From a virus (lineage: Duplodnaviria; Caudoviricetes): a stretch of 64,000 bases of DNA. The notes below the pieces were generated by a model. The model saw only the letters and a program-made list of their open reading frames with translations. It was not told the DNA's origin and searched no databases. Of the stretch, positions 54,649-64,000 are shown piece after piece. The DNA is taken from IMG/VR virus record IMGVR_UViG_3300030376_006284, positions 8,658 through 72,657 of that record. One strand, written 5' to 3'. The stretch's first letter is position 1. The number at the start of each line of letters is the position of its first letter. The position numbers and the translations under genes are program-made.

Positions 54649-55962
54649 ATGAAAACTTTATATACTCCTCAACAAAAAGCAGCAGATCATTTTCTAGCTA
54701 GCTTAAAACAAGGGAAACACACTCTTGATACAAGCGAAGTAGGAACGGGCAAAACAGTGGTTGCCGCATACTTAGCTAAACAGTTGGGTATGCGTGTAGC
54801 CATTATTTGCCCTAAAGCTGTTATCCCTATGTGGGATAGGGAAATGATAGATATGGGGGTAGAGCCTGATTGCGTTATGAACTACGAACGAATACGCACA
54901 GGAAAAACTGCGTTTCTTTCTAAGAAAGGTAAGAAAATAATGAAGTGGCTTTTTGAAGAGCCAACGTTTGTTATATTTGATGAAGTTCATAAATGCAAAG
55001 GAGCATGGACTCAGAACGCTCAGTTACTAATAAGCCTTGTGAAACAAGCGGAAGAACACGGGCATCTAATTCACGCTATGTCTGCGACCGCAGCAGAAGA
55101 TCCTACTGAAATGAGAGCTTTAGGGTTTATGTTGCGGTTGCATGACTTAAATAAAAAACCTAATAGTTGGCAAGGATGGATGGAAGACAACGGATGCGCT
55201 GTCGATAATTGGGGCAAATGGAAACTTCTAAGTAGGAAACGATTGAAAGATGTACACTGCACAATGTACGGTGAACAAGGAGCCGCTTATAGGTTAACCA
55301 TCGAAGACTTTCCTGATTCGTTTAAAGAGAATAGAGTGTTTGTAGAACACCTAGAATTTAAAGACTCCAAAAAAATATTAGAAGCTTACGAAAATTATGG
55401 AGTAACTCCTTCTATAGTTTCAGAGTACTTGGAAAACGGTTCAGTTACTGACAATGAGTTTGATATTGTAAATATACTAAGAGCTAGACAATTAGCTGAG
55501 TCTTTAAAAGTTCATGATATAGTTGAAATGACGGAAGACTTAAAAGACCAAGATAAGTCTGTAGTTATTTTTGTGAATTTTAGGGACACCGCAGATGCCC
55601 TTACAGATAAACTGGGGTGTCCTAGCATCATAGGAGGTCAAAACCCGTATAGGAGACAAGCAATAATAGATGATTTTTCTCTAGACGAAGAAAGAGTATT
55701 GGTGGTTAATATAGCCGCTGGTGGAACAGGCTTGAGTTTGCACGACGTTATGGGGGACTACCCAAGAGTTGCTTTGATTAGCCCTACTTTTTCAGCCAAA
55801 GACTATATGCAAGCGTTAGGGAGGATACATAGGAACGGAGCAAAAAGCCATGCTTTACAAAAAATATTAGTTGCTGCGGGCAGTGTTGAAGAAACTGTTG
55901 TTACTTCTATCCAAGCTAAACTAGCTAATTTAAATACATTACATACAGGATCACATGACTGA
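54649..55962 (+). CDS. SF2 helicase
   Basis: VGTGKT, DEVH, SAT, GGTGLSL, QALGRIHR. Confidence 0.9.
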   Translation: MKTLYTPQQKAADHFLASLKQGKHTLDTSEVGTGKTVVAAYLAKQLGMRVAIICPKAVIPMWDREMIDMGVEPDCVMNYERIRTGKTAFLSKKGKKIMKWLFEEPTFVIFDEVHKCKGAWTQNAQLLISLVKQAEEHGHLIHAMSATAAEDPTEMRALGFMLRLHDLNKKPNSWQGWMEDNGCAVDNWGKWKLLSRKRLKDVHCTMYGEQGAAYRLTIEDFPDSFKENRVFVEHLEFKDSKKILEAYENYGVTPSIVSEYLENGSVTDNEFDIVNILRARQLAESLKVHDIVEMTEDLKDQDKSVVIFVNFRDTADALTDKLGCPSIIGGQNPYRRQAIIDDFSLDEERVLVVNIAAGGTGLSLHDVMGDYPRVALISPTFSAKDYMQALGRIHRNGAKSHALQKILVAAGSVEETVVTSIQAKLANLNTLHTGSHD

Positions 55963-57079
55963 AACACCAGACCACGGAAGCAGAGGACACGCAGAGTTTA
56001 GTCCATCAAGTTTAAAGTACGTAGCAGGGTGTGCAGGATATAAAAGCACTTCAGGCACAAACGCTGCTGCTGAAAAAGGCACCCGTATTCATGAGGCCCT
56101 AGAGGTAAGAGACCCCTCCGCTCTCCACGATGAAGAAGAGTTGGAAATTTATGAGCAGATAGTAAAAGACGAAGACGAATTTAATAAAAGTATATTTGGA
56201 GAATCTGAGTTTGAAGAAATGAACGAGATTCAAGTAACCGTTGATTTAGGTCAAACATCTACATGGGGGACTTGTGATAGGTTTTTAGTTAGGGGTGATA
56301 AAGCCATAATGGCCGACTACAAAACAGGCATATCTGTTATAGATTCCCCACGAAGTAATTGGCAAGCAAAAGCCTATACCTTAGGTGCGTTTCAAGCTTT
56401 TCCTGAAGTAGAAGAAATAATATTTGTTTTTTACATACCTGTTCGTAACGAAGTACTCCACGAAACTTTTACTAGAGATGACATTGCAGGACTAACAAAA
56501 CAACTTAATGATGTTATTTTAAAAGGACAAGAAGTTCGCCCTAAGTGGGATACAGGAGCCCCCGAACTAGATGAGCTATCTCCCTCTGTAAATTGTAGGT
56601 TTTGCATGTTTGAAGATAGATGCCCCGCATGTGGGGCTATTGCAGTAGAAGTTGCTCAACGGCTTTCTATGCTGCCTGATAAAGATGTGGACATATCAGA
56701 TCCTGATGATCCTGAAGTTCTAGAACAGTTATGGGTTGTGGCAAAGATTGTAAGTAACTGGGCTACACGTATAAAAGCCAAAGCGGTTGATGTTGCTAAA
56801 TCAGGAAAAGAGTTTCCTACTCTTAGGCTTAAATCAATGGGTTCTACTAGATCTTGCAAAGATAACAAAAAATTAATGGAGATTGCAGAAAAATATAGTT
56901 TATCTCCTGAAGAAATAATGGATACTGTGCGAATGCCTTTAGGAGCCATAGCAAAAGAAGTAAGTAGGAAAGCCCCTGACGGAGAAAAAGGGCAAGCAGC
57001 ACATGATTTTCTTGATGAGTTAGAGACAGAGGATGTGATTAGCTTTTCTGAAAAAAGGTATACACTATCTGAAAAATAA
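55955..57079 (+). CDS. Cas4-like PD-(D/E)XK exonuclease (DUF2800-like)
   Basis: FSPSS...C, GTRIH, GTCD, DYKTG, QAKAY, CRFC...C. Confidence 0.8.
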   Translation: MTETPDHGSRGHAEFSPSSLKYVAGCAGYKSTSGTNAAAEKGTRIHEALEVRDPSALHDEEELEIYEQIVKDEDEFNKSIFGESEFEEMNEIQVTVDLGQTSTWGTCDRFLVRGDKAIMADYKTGISVIDSPRSNWQAKAYTLGAFQAFPEVEEIIFVFYIPVRNEVLHETFTRDDIAGLTKQLNDVILKGQEVRPKWDTGAPELDELSPSVNCRFCMFEDRCPACGAIAVEVAQRLSMLPDKDVDISDPDDPEVLEQLWVVAKIVSNWATRIKAKAVDVAKSGKEFPTLRLKSMGSTRSCKDNKKLMEIAEKYSLSPEEIMDTVRMPLGAIAKEVSRKAPDGEKGQAAHDFLDELETEDVISFSEKRYTLSEK

Positions 57080-57138
57080 TTTTAAGAACAGAGGTTCTTA
57101 GAAACTAAATATAAAATATAAAATATAAAGTATAAAAT

Positions 57139-57813
57139 ATGAGTGCAGTTAAGCAAAAAAGTAAAAAAGAAGAAAGTGCAGAAATAGTTGCTAGTAAGGA
57201 CACAGCGTTGTGTGCTTCAGGCGATGGAGGTTTTGTTGTTTCTTTAGAGGATGTGGATGTTCCACGTTTGAACGTGATTCAAAAAATGAGTCAAATAGAT
57301 GGGCCTATCGGAGGCATTGTAATAGATAAAACAGATGTTCTTTTAGAAAAAGATGACCGAGTAGATGTTATCATAGGTCACACTAAAAAAGGATGGCGTG
57401 AAAACGTTCCTTTTGGCAGTGATGAAATGCCTAGAATGGCGTGGAGTGAAGCTGAAAGGTCAGACGTAGAAAATGATTCTGAATACGGTAAGATGGTTGT
57501 CTTCGCAGATATTACTCTTTTGATTCCTCAGCCAGAAGGTTCTGAAGACGACATCTACCAATATCCTATTGGAGACACTAATTATGCTCTTGGTGTAATT
57601 AACGTTAGTAAAGATGGATATAAGTTTACGTACAAAAAACTAAACACTTTTCAGCTATTTAATAGTGCGTTGCCTATTGCTGCTAAGGTTTGGTCTTTTG
57701 GGACAGAACTAATTACGAAGGGGCAGCACAGTTGGTTTATACCAACCTTAAAACCAACAAGCGAAAACTCTCCTGAGGAAGCAATAACCTTTAGTCAACT
57801 TTTAGGAAGCTAA
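57139..57813 (+). CDS. Putative ssDNA-binding / recombination protein
   Basis: DVDVPRLNVIQKMS start; lies between the exonuclease and polymerase. Confidence 0.45.
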   Translation: MSAVKQKSKKEESAEIVASKDTALCASGDGGFVVSLEDVDVPRLNVIQKMSQIDGPIGGIVIDKTDVLLEKDDRVDVIIGHTKKGWRENVPFGSDEMPRMAWSEAERSDVENDSEYGKMVVFADITLLIPQPEGSEDDIYQYPIGDTNYALGVINVSKDGYKFTYKKLNTFQLFNSALPIAAKVWSFGTELITKGQHSWFIPTLKPTSENSPEEAITFSQLLGS

Positions 57814-57817
57814 TAAT

Positions 57818-58147
57818 ATGGACGAAAAAGCACCACCATTTGTAGTCGATGATGAAGTCAACTCAGTTCAAATAACTGAAGATATGGAAGCTCACATAAA
57901 AGAGGTAGCTGAAAAAGCTATGGAAGTTAAGAAGAAAGAAGTGGTACATGAGGTGATAGAACAGCATTACCAAAGCTTACTTGATATCGAAAAAGACTTG
58001 GAAAATAAGGCTAATATTTTAAGAGACGAAAAAGATAAGATAACAACTCTTTTGCAGTTTTTTAATAAGTCTATGGATAAAAAAGTTGTTCCACCCTCTG
58101 GGAACACCGTTACCGAAATATCATCGGGTATTCCAAGTAAAGAGTAA
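57818..58147 (+). CDS. Hypothetical coiled-coil protein
   Basis: 109 aa, in operon. Confidence 0.55.
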   Translation: MDEKAPPFVVDDEVNSVQITEDMEAHIKEVAEKAMEVKKKEVVHEVIEQHYQSLLDIEKDLENKANILRDEKDKITTLLQFFNKSMDKKVVPPSGNTVTEISSGIPSKE

Positions 58148-58198
58148 TTTGCTACTCAGCAAGTGAGGGGGGTTTGTAGGAGTTCCTCCCTTATCAAA

Positions 58199-58233
58199 AG
58201 CCCTGATGATGTCGTGGGGGTGTCATCAGGGCT
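58199..58233 (+). promoter_or_regulatory. Strong hairpin upstream of the polymerase gene
   Basis: AGCCCTGATGAT / GTCATCAGGGCT stem, preceded by two smaller hairpins. Confidence 0.55.
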
Positions 58234-58252
58234 ACTTTACCCTAAAAATATT

Positions 58253-60046
58253 ATGAATACGTATGCTCTAGATTTTGAGTCTTATTATGACAAAAGTTGC
58301 TCTATTAGAATTTTAGGGCCTTTAGGTTATTTTTCTCATCCTGATTTTGATGCTTACCTTATAAGCGTAGTTGGAGACGATGGTTTTGTTTTTGTAGGCA
58401 ATCCTAGAGAATTTGATTGGTCTATGCTTGAGGGACAGCGAGTCCTTTCACACAACGCATCTTTTGACGAGACTTTATATTTTTATGGGGTAAAGGAAAA
58501 GTGGTGGGGTTCAGTAGATTTTAAAGAGTGGCATTGTACTGCGGATATGGCTGTTTGTTGTGGCCACCCAAGATCATTAAAAAAAGCCTCAGAAGAAGTT
58601 TTAAATATAGACCTTAGTAAAGAAACAAGAGATGCCATGAAAGGAAAAACTTGGTCATCTATGAGTGAAGAATTTAAAAAAGATGTCCTTGAGTACGCAA
58701 CACTAGACAGTGAATATTGTTTGCAGTTGTGGGATAAGTTGTCTCCTAAATGGTCTGATTTTGAAAGAGCTATTAGTTTGCTCAACAGAAGGTGTTCTCA
58801 AAGAGGACTCCCAATCGATTTAGAATTACTTAAAGAATCAAAAGACCACATTAATAAGCTTTTATTTGAAGTTGAAAACACAATACCGTGGATAGATAAC
58901 GCTCCAATATTATCTAGAAAAGCTTTTAATGCAGAGTGCAGAAAAGCAGGTGTCGAGCCTCCCGACAGTATGGCTATGACTAATCAGGAAGCAAACGAAT
59001 GGATAAAGAAACATGGTAAGAAGCATGTCTGGATTGAATCTGTTAGAAATTTTAGGAGAGTTAATTCGGTAAAAAGAAAACTAGAAAGTTTTGAGTATGC
59101 AACAATGCCTGACTTGCGGTTTTATGGAAACATAATGTATTTTGGAGCTTCTGTAACAGGGAGGTTTAGTGGTTCTGGTGGTAACTTAAATTTACAAAAC
59201 CTACCAAGAGGAGATTTGTTTGGGTGCAATTTAAGAAATTTAATTAAAGCACCTCAAGGTAAAAAATTAGTAGTTGTAGACCTATCACAAATTGAAGTAA
59301 GAACTTTGTGTTGGTTAGCTAAATCTAAAAGCATACTGGAAGACATAAAAAAAGCTGATGACATTTACGAAGTTTTTGCTATTGAGTTTGGTCTTTGGGA
59401 AAGCAGCAAAGGGCCTTTAAAAGACATTAAACCTGACATTAGACACAAAGTTAAAACAATGGTTTTAGGTTGTGGATATGGAGTAGGTTACAAAAAGTTT
59501 GCTTCAATTTCTGGGATGACTGAGGAGGAGGCTAAAGCGTCTGTTGATTTGTACAGAGAAAAAATGTTTAAGGTCGTTTCTTACTGGAGATCTTTAAATA
59601 AAGAACTTAAAGACGTAGCGAGTTCACCTTATGATTTTAATATACTTCTTCCTTCAGGAAGAGAACTAAAGTACGGAAGAATAAACTCAAGAACTACAGA
59701 AGTAGAGGATCTTGAAAAGAATGTTTCTATACAAAGGAAAGAGTATTTTGCAACAGTTGTAAAAAACTCTTCACGAAGAGCTGTAAAACTTTACGGAGGT
59801 TTATTGGCTGAAAACGCTTCACAGGCTTTGGCTAGAGATGTGTTTTGTGACTGTATGCTTAGGATAGCAGAAACAGGGCTTAATATAATATGCCATGTGC
59901 ACGATGAGGTAGTTATAGAAATAGAAGAAGATGAAGCAGAGAGAGCTTTAAAAGATGTAGTAAAAATAATGAAAACCCCTCCTTCTTGGATTCCAGATAT
60001 TCCTTTGGATGCAGAAGGTAAAGTTGTAGAAAGATACGAAAAATAA
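58253..60046 (+). CDS. polA: Family A DNA polymerase with 3'-5' exonuclease
   Basis: ExoI LDFES, ExoII HNASFD, TGRFS...NLQNLP, motif A DLSQIEVR, motif B KTMVLGCGYG, motif C HVHDE; probable start ATG 58253. Confidence 0.92.
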   Translation: MNTYALDFESYYDKSCSIRILGPLGYFSHPDFDAYLISVVGDDGFVFVGNPREFDWSMLEGQRVLSHNASFDETLYFYGVKEKWWGSVDFKEWHCTADMAVCCGHPRSLKKASEEVLNIDLSKETRDAMKGKTWSSMSEEFKKDVLEYATLDSEYCLQLWDKLSPKWSDFERAISLLNRRCSQRGLPIDLELLKESKDHINKLLFEVENTIPWIDNAPILSRKAFNAECRKAGVEPPDSMAMTNQEANEWIKKHGKKHVWIESVRNFRRVNSVKRKLESFEYATMPDLRFYGNIMYFGASVTGRFSGSGGNLNLQNLPRGDLFGCNLRNLIKAPQGKKLVVVDLSQIEVRTLCWLAKSKSILEDIKKADDIYEVFAIEFGLWESSKGPLKDIKPDIRHKVKTMVLGCGYGVGYKKFASISGMTEEEAKASVDLYREKMFKVVSYWRSLNKELKDVASSPYDFNILLPSGRELKYGRINSRTTEVEDLEKNVSIQRKEYFATVVKNSSRRAVKLYGGLLAENASQALARDVFCDCMLRIAETGLNIICHVHDEVVIEIEEDEAERALKDVVKIMKTPPSWIPDIPLDAEGKVVERYEK

Positions 60047-60047
60047 G

Positions 60048-62213
60048 ATGTTTAGATATATAAAAAACCTAAGAGATAAAAAAACAAAAAAGATTGAAGA
60101 CATTAGTAAACTGAAGTTACCCCCAGTACCTAAATTTAAGTCTAAGCCTGAGTACAAAAAATGGTGTAGCGACCCTAAGACTGATTCTTATTTTATTACT
60201 CTTCAAGAGGGGGACTGCCCTTCAGAAAGGATATCAGGTAAGAACCTCCTTAATATTTCTTATGGGTTGGCTATTGACTATGATGCTCCACCTGATTGGG
60301 AGTATATGCCTGAGCTACTAGAAGCTATAGATAAAAAATACACGCTGCCTCAATACATACACAAAACATTTTCTGGTTATATAAGAACCTTTTACCCTTT
60401 TGAAGAACAGGAAGGTTTAGCTATTCCTCATGAGGTATACCCTTTGTTTGCTAAAGAGCTTGGAAAAGTTTTAGGTGTTTCAAGATGTTTTGCAGGTTTA
60501 GATGTAGCTTCTTATGAAGCGGCTCAAGTTTTTCATTTATTTGAAGAGGTTCAAAAAGTTGGAAAACCTATAGACCCTAGCGTTTATAAACCTGTCTTAT
60601 TTAACTGCTTAATGAAAAAAGCTCCTACCTCTGGGGACACTAATATTCCTTTAGATAAAGTAGAAGAAGCTCTTAGGAGTAAGTACGAAAACTTTTCGTA
60701 TTGGGAGGAAGACTTTTCTCTAAAGGCTAGAGGCCCCCTGTTTTTTGTTGACCCTTTTAAGGACAGCGAAGGATGCATGGTTGTAGAGGATGGTATGGTG
60801 TGTTTTTCTACAAGAGCTCCAAAAAGCTTTATGTCTTGGAGAGATTTATTAGGAGATAAATTTATTCAAGAATACGAAGCAGAAAAGTACAGCGTACTTG
60901 ATGAAGAGTTTTGGTATTCAGGAAACAGTTACTATGCACTAGATGAAGGGCATCCTGTAACTATTTCAGAAAGGCTTTTGGCACTAGAGCTTCAAAGCAG
61001 GGGGTTTTCTAAAATTATAAAGCCTAATAAAAATATTAGTGAGGTAGATGCAGGGCTTCTTTCTATAGCTAAAAACAATAGAGTTCATGAAGTTGCACCC
61101 TGTATATGGCACACTGAACGAGTGGTCAGGTTTAACTCAAACAAAATACTTAATAGCCAAAACCTGATGCCTATCCAACCTTCAGAAATTAGAGACCCTA
61201 ATAAGTGTAAGTTTTTAATGAATTTTATAGAACAACTTTTTGATGAAGGGATTGATTATTTCTTTGCTTGGTGGAAACGTTTTTATGAATCAGTGTTGTA
61301 TCGAGTTATAGCTCAAGGGCAGTGTTTTATTATAGTAGGAGGGACTAACAAAGGTAAAACTTTGTTGTCCAATAAAATTATAGGAGCTTCAGTAGGGGGC
61401 TTTGCAGACGCTAGTGATTATATTGCAGGTAATACAACTTTTAATAAAGAGTTAGCGGCTAAAGCCCTTTGGGTTGTTGATGATACTGTAAGTGCTTCTT
61501 CTTTACAGGATCAAAGAAAAGCCACAGAAATCAATAAAAGGATTATAGCTAATCCAAAAATAGAAGTTAATGCTAAGTATTGCAATGCTGTTACTGTTCC
61601 TTGGACTGGGAGAATACTTATGACAACAAATAACGACGCAAATAGTTTGTCTGTCATTCCTGCAATGGATTCTAGTAATTCAGATAAAATACTAGCTGTT
61701 GCGGTAAGTAAAAATGCTTCTAGTAAGTTTCCTCCAAACCATGAATTGGAGGCCAAGATAGAAGAGGAATTACCTTACTTGTTAAGAGAACTTATAGAGA
61801 TGGAGATACCTAAAAGATTGCTTGGCAATGCGAGATACGGAGTAAAAGGATATATAGATCCAGCTATTGCAGATGCTTCTTATGACAACTCAAGTAGAAG
61901 TAGTATAGCGGAGTTGCTTGATTGGTTTTGTAAACGCAGTAGAGAACAAATGGATGTTGTTGAACCTTACTGGACTGGAACTTTGATAGAGCTGCAATCC
62001 CGAATGCTCCTATTAAACGACGGAAAACATTTAGGAATATCTTCTCAATTTGAAGTTCTTAGAAAAGGTATGAATAGTCTTGAAGAAGTAAGTAAGAAAA
62101 ATGACACTGTAAGACCTATAAGATCTATGGGGCAAGGAGGAGGTAAGTACTGGGTTATAGACCTTGACGAAAAGTATGACTTGGGAGACAGTACAGGAGT
62201 AGACCCGTTTTAA
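60048..62213 (+). CDS. Primase-helicase (PrimPol-like N-terminus, DUF5906/SF3-like helicase)
   Basis: IDYD and HKTFSG; Walker A GGTNKGKT, FNKEL, WVVDD, MTTN. Confidence 0.75.
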   Translation: MFRYIKNLRDKKTKKIEDISKLKLPPVPKFKSKPEYKKWCSDPKTDSYFITLQEGDCPSERISGKNLLNISYGLAIDYDAPPDWEYMPELLEAIDKKYTLPQYIHKTFSGYIRTFYPFEEQEGLAIPHEVYPLFAKELGKVLGVSRCFAGLDVASYEAAQVFHLFEEVQKVGKPIDPSVYKPVLFNCLMKKAPTSGDTNIPLDKVEEALRSKYENFSYWEEDFSLKARGPLFFVDPFKDSEGCMVVEDGMVCFSTRAPKSFMSWRDLLGDKFIQEYEAEKYSVLDEEFWYSGNSYYALDEGHPVTISERLLALELQSRGFSKIIKPNKNISEVDAGLLSIAKNNRVHEVAPCIWHTERVVRFNSNKILNSQNLMPIQPSEIRDPNKCKFLMNFIEQLFDEGIDYFFAWWKRFYESVLYRVIAQGQCFIIVGGTNKGKTLLSNKIIGASVGGFADASDYIAGNTTFNKELAAKALWVVDDTVSASSLQDQRKATEINKRIIANPKIEVNAKYCNAVTVPWTGRILMTTNNDANSLSVIPAMDSSNSDKILAVAVSKNASSKFPPNHELEAKIEEELPYLLRELIEMEIPKRLLGNARYGVKGYIDPAIADASYDNSSRSSIAELLDWFCKRSREQMDVVEPYWTGTLIELQSRMLLLNDGKHLGISSQFEVLRKGMNSLEEVSKKNDTVRPIRSMGQGGGKYWVIDLDEKYDLGDSTGVDPF

Positions 62214-62214
62214 A

Positions 62215-62493
62215 ATGGATAGAAAACAAATAGAGTCTTTTATAGAATTACACTCTCCAAATTCTTCTGTAATTCTAGCCGATGGTTTAGATGAAGCATT
62301 TATTGGGTTAGAACTTGAAAATGATCCTCCTAGAGCTGTCTATTCTATAGACAAATGTATTGATGTGTTAGCTCAAGAGATGACTTTAAAAGACGCAGAT
62401 GAGTACTTTTGGTATAACGTCGCAGGGTCTTTAGGGGAAGGGATGCCTTTATATATTAATACTCCCGATGGGGACGCTAGTCCTTACGAATAA
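62215..62493 (+). CDS. Conserved-type phage hypothetical protein
   Basis: LADGLDEAFIG...RAVYS...EYFWYNVAG. Confidence 0.65.
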   Translation: MDRKQIESFIELHSPNSSVILADGLDEAFIGLELENDPPRAVYSIDKCIDVLAQEMTLKDADEYFWYNVAGSLGEGMPLYINTPDGDASPYE

Positions 62494-63019
62494 AAGCATA
62501 AGGCAATTCTAAATCTTTTATTTTTATATGATAACCTGATGCCCTATATACAAACCCTTCTTCATCTGTTTCATTTTTCTTTTTAAAAGAAGCTTTTTTA
62601 AGAAAAGAATCTTTAGATATCCACCCTACTATCCAAACAAATCTTAAATCTTTGGATACTCTAGTAAAAAAATAAGTATCATTTGCTGGATCAAATTTTT
62701 TAGGGGCATTAACAGAGGCTACATAATGTTCTTTAGGAGAACTAGCGCAGCTTTTACTTTTTACTTCTATTTTATTTTTACCTTTTACTAAATCGTATTT
62801 AAACACTTTGTGGCCTACGTACTTAGATCTTGGTATAAATTTATTAACTGCTATCTCGCCTAAAAACCCGACCATTCTTCCCATGCCACGAGTAAAAGAG
62901 TTAGGAAGTATACCCATTTCATCACACCTGTCTTGAGCTAATTCGATATCAACTCCTTTTATTCTGTACCTTAATAGTCTTCCTTTTGTTTCTGAATCTT
63001 CTTCAACAAAATTTTTCAT
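62477..63019 (-). CDS. PD-(D/E)XK endonuclease-like protein
   Basis: GFLGEIAV, YDL, IEVKS, VGWIS; probable ATG 63019 (ATGA overlap). Confidence 0.6.
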   Translation of the reverse strand: MKNFVEEDSETKGRLLRYRIKGVDIELAQDRCDEMGILPNSFTRGMGRMVGFLGEIAVNKFIPRSKYVGHKVFKYDLVKGKNKIEVKSKSCASSPKEHYVASVNAPKKFDPANDTYFFTRVSKDLRFVWIVGWISKDSFLKKASFKKKNETDEEGFVYRASGYHIKIKDLELPYAFIRKD

Positions 63020-63315
63020 GCTTTGTATGTTTTTAAAAACGTTTCCCATGCAGGAAAAAATATTTCTTCCATGCATCGAACAACAGATTCTTGTTCATAT
63101 GATTCTAGCCAACCAACGCCACTTAATAGCAAACTGGCTTCCATCATTTCGTGTCTTATTGTATCTAATAAGATCTTACCTTTAATCTTCTTGTTAACTT
63201 GAATAAGTTTTTTGTCGTGGAAATATAAACCATATGGTGGGTCGTCATCTCCAAAAGGGACAGCCTCTACTTTTATTCGGTGTCCTGCAATAGCAATGGA
63301 TTTAGGAAGTTCCAC
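63016..63315 (-). CDS. Small zincin-like protein
   Basis: YGLY...IQVNK...TIRHEMMEA (HExxE variant of HExxH); probable GTG start at 63315. Confidence 0.55.
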   Translation of the reverse strand: MELPKSIAIAGHRIKVEAVPFGDDDPPYGLYFHDKKLIQVNKKIKGKILLDTIRHEMMEASLLLSGVGWLESYEQESVVRCMEEIFFPAWETFLKTYKA

Positions 63316-63316
63316 A

Positions 63317-63871
63317 TTACCACCTTTCAGAAAGATCTTTATACAATTCAATTCCTCCTGCTATTGACGTGGCTATTCCTTCCATACTTTTTAGTGCAAG
63401 CTCCCAATCCTCGTTATTACTACCAAAAAAAGGCTCTGCAATAACGGCTGGGCAGTGTGTTAACCTAAGAAAACCAGCTCCTCTGCTTCCCTTTTTACGC
63501 TCTTTAATTCCTCTGCTACGTAACTGAGGGAAACAATCTTCAAAGGAATCTCTTAAAGCACGAGCAAAGAGTCTTCCCTTTTCAGAAGTTTTCCAGTATA
63601 GCCACTCATGTCCTGTGGCAGAAGGAGTAGCAGCATTGAAATGTAGCTCAACTGCTGCTTCGACGGCATCATTACGAAGAGTTTTAGCGAGCCATTTCAT
63701 AGAACTCCAGTAACTAGTTCCCTTGTAGGTAGAGTAAATTTTATGGGGAGTCTTTAGATTTTCCCCAATCATGTCAGCCAGTTGGGAGTTATAGTCCCAT
63801 TCTGTGACTCCAGTTACAGAAGCTGCTCCTGAATCATTTGGTCGAGAGTGTCCTACGCATATCGCTATCAT
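63317..63871 (-). CDS. Endolysin, N-acetylmuramoyl-L-alanine amidase (Amidase_3)
   Basis: VGH, TEWDYN, ELHFNA, GHE, PAVIAEPFF. Confidence 0.9.
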   Translation of the reverse strand: MIAICVGHSRPNDSGAASVTGVTEWDYNSQLADMIGENLKTPHKIYSTYKGTSYWSSMKWLAKTLRNDAVEAAVELHFNAATPSATGHEWLYWKTSEKGRLFARALRDSFEDCFPQLRSRGIKERKKGSRGAGFLRLTHCPAVIAEPFFGSNNEDWELALKSMEGIATSIAGGIELYKDLSERW

Positions 63872-63998
63872 CTCCTATTATTATAGCACGTCTGTAGGAA
63901 TAATCACTATGGAACTTCTGTCCACGACCCATAAGGTTACCCTCTTTAAAAGGGTAATCGTACCCTTGAATTAGGGTAACTGTAGGCGGATCATATAT
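63834..63998 (-). CDS. 3' end of an upstream gene, truncated by the window
   Basis: Open frame ...IYDPPTVTLIQGYDYPFKEG...TLSTK* running off the edge. Confidence 0.45.
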   Translation of the reverse strand: MYDPPTVTLIQGYDYPFKEGNLMGRGQKFHSDYSYRRAIIIGDDSDMRRTLSTK

Positions 63999-64000
63999 TG

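Noticed and set aside
58203-58209. CTGATGA as a hammerhead ribozyme core
   Set aside because: No GAAA follows a stem II, and the bases are fully paired in a simple hairpin.
51594-61756. Opposite-strand or off-frame ORFs overlapping terL and the replication genes
   Set aside because: They lie within well-supported genes and show no independent evidence.

Overview
This 64 kb window is most of the genome of a tailed dsDNA phage with podovirus-like architecture, cut by the window at both ends. Minus strand: two very large GNVGIGT-repeat tail fibres (the first, at least 2180 aa at 2..6541, is missing from the ORF track because it runs off the window), tail/neck genes with an embedded GT25 glycosyltransferase, major capsid, a cluster of tiny basic proteins, scaffold, portal, a 6085-aa modular (polyvalent) virion protein, terminase and an amidase endolysin. 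Plus strand: a short early region flanked by heptamer arrays next to a probable genome end (~26.7 kb), and a replication module (RuvC-like resolvase, SF2 helicase, Cas4-like exonuclease, PolA, primase-helicase). The most interesting signals are: (1) the 6085-aa protein looks like a cassette array whose enzyme modules (glycosylase-like domain, metallopeptidases, SAM methyltransferase, GHKL ATPase, a domain resembling dnd-associated methyltransferases) are separated by a recurring Q-[FYLR]-[ST]-[SKR]-I motif; (2) a tandem structured RNA motif in the capsid 5' leader, with a near-perfect parS site just upstream of the capsid promoter; (3) a ~120-nt structured, G-tract-bearing element present twice, 25 kb apart, one copy starting at a predicted transcription start. 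All family assignments are from motif recognition by eye; no searches were run.
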